Of a DNA stretch of 64,000 nt, positions 62,310 to 64,000 are shown one piece after another (position 1 is the first letter of the stretch; each line of letters starts with the position of its first letter). Source of the stretch: Eledone cirrhosa (lineage: Eukaryota); the NCBI GenBank assembly GCA_964016885.1, contig OZ024743.1, forward strand, positions 115,568,001-115,632,000, given 5' to 3'. The position numbers and the translations under genes are program-made. Under the pieces are notes generated by a model, which was not told the origin of the DNA, made no database searches, and saw only the letters and a list, made by a program, of their open reading frames with translations.

Positions 62310-64000
62310 GTAATCCAGGACTTCATACTTTTGCCCAAAAACTGTCTGATGTTATCTGCCACCTTGATGATCTCTAGGCTTTTGGTGATCCAAGAATGGG
62401 GCACCATGTCAAATGCCTTTTTGTAGTCTATCCATCCCATGGCAAGACCAGTGTGTCTCCTCTTGCAATTCCTCATTACCATCTTATCAATAAGTAACGG
62501 GTCGTTTTTACAACGGGACTTCTTTCGGCATCCTTTCTGTTCGTACGGTAACAAGTTGTTTGTGTAGAGGTGATGGTAGATTTCCTCAGACATAATGATT
62601 GTCAAACGTTTCCACATTACGGACAGACATGTGATAGGTCTATAGTTGGTAACATCATTACCCTTGATTCAGTCTTTCATTACCAGAACTGTGGTACCTT
62701 TTGTCAACCACTCTGGTACCTCACCTGACATCAAGCAGTCATTGAACATGCTTGTCAGTTTTGGGTGGAGGGATGTTATATTTTTAATCCAATACCCCTG
62801 CACACCATCTGGGCCTGGTGATTTCCAGTTGGTTAGTGTTTTGGCCTGCCCCTTAAGAGTTTCAACTGTGATACTCAAATCAGTTTGTTGGTGTGCCTGT
62901 TCACTAATCTCCTTTTGTACTGTCTCAATCCACATTGCCTGGTCATTATGTTTAACATCCTGCTCCCATATTCCTCTCCAGAATGTCTTAGTTTGTTCCG
63001 CCTCAGGGATCAAGTCGTTGACTCTTACTTTCCCTTCAAGCTGTTCAAACAGCATCTCTGGTTGTTGTCAAACATGCGGTTCTGTCTATACTGACTGACT
63101 CTGCTCTCGTATCGCTTAATCTTTGCACTCTTTGCTACAATGCGTTGCTTCAGTTCCTCTATGATAATATTTAGCTTTTTCCTCCTAGATTTGTACTTTA
63201 TTTCCAGTCTATTTTTAGTGTCTATGTTTTTAGTGTCCCATTCAGTAGGGACTCAAGCTTTCCAATGTCATTTCTCATTTCCCTGATTTGACCATTCAGT
63301 CGTTTCTTCCACCAAGGCTCTGATCTTTCTTGTTTGTTGTTTCCTCTCGCTTTTATACCAAGTAATTTCCTCACTGCATTTGCTGTTGCTTTGAGGATAT
63401 TGTTGCCCTGGTTAAGGCTCCTCGCCTCAAGGTATGGGATGACTTTGTTTACCTTAGCTGTTGTTTCTTTTAACTTTTTCCTGTTTACAAATCTTAGGTT
63501 CATAGGTTTCCCACTATCATTATTCAATTCATCTACCACTAAGTTTAGGATATCAACCAAATCTTGTCCTAGCCCGTCAGCATTCATCTCTTCAATGGCC
63601 GTATCTTTGTTCCAGGTATTATTTATTTCAGCAAGGGCGGTGGATTGGCAGTATCGGTAGATTGTCGGACGCCATGCTTTCCAGTATAGTTACGTCCCTT
63701 TACGATCTGAGTTCAAATCCCGCCGAGGTTGACTTTGCCGTTCATCCTTACGGGGTCGATAAAATAAAGTACCAGTAATGCACTGGCTAATTGCTGTCCT
63801 TGTGCCTAACGTAGAAGCAATTATTTATTTCAGCATTCAGATCATTGTCTGCTTCGGATGGTTCCTCCGTTCTGTCAACCTCTTCACCTTCATTTCTCAC
63901 TGGCTCGTTTGCCTGGCATACTCCACTCTCCATTTCCAACCTAATATCTCTGCTCAATTCCTCCAGTTCCAGCTCGCTTATCCACCCATTAGTTCTTATT
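62310..64000 (-). mobile_element. Second decayed R4/Dong family B copy (runs off the window; 3' part missing)
   Basis: ORFs 63222-63587, 62669-63055 and 62171-62617 closely match 39080-40550. Confidence 0.88.
63634..63819 (+). mobile_element. Full-length Nin/Deu-domain SINE with 16-bp TSD
   Basis: TSD attatttatttcagca at 63618-63633 and 63820-63835; empty site in the paralogue at ~40395-40410. Confidence 0.92.

Overview
AT-rich eukaryotic repeat DNA with no recognisable host exon. The (TA)n-saturated background and Nin/Deu-domain tRNA SINEs suggest a cephalopod (octopus-like) genome; this is inference. Contents: (i) three Penelope-like (PLE, Neptune-type RT + C-terminal GIY-YIG) insertions, each with an inverted copy of its own 3' end at its 5' side, including a ~6 kb head-to-head palindrome at 50034-56215; (ii) R4/Dong-type RLE non-LTR elements in two families, including a ~5 kb x2 tandem array in (AAT)n; (iii) an apparently intact Tx1/L1-type LINE inserted in (AAT)n; (iv) a decayed hATm-like DNA transposon, three non-autonomous Helitrons, an RTE relic and several SINEs. 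The main unexplained signal is a set of more than 10 small non-coding head-to-head palindromic insertions in (TA)n tracts. Most carry type I hammerhead ribozyme motifs (about 20 read by eye). They include a ~317-nt circularly permuted retrozyme, a tRNA-headed SINE with the same palindromic architecture, and a related single-arm Tx1/PLE-tail chimera. Together they suggest PLE-driven two-ended retrotransposition that writes foldback DNA into (TA)n. Most short ORFs in the supplied track are microsatellite artefacts.
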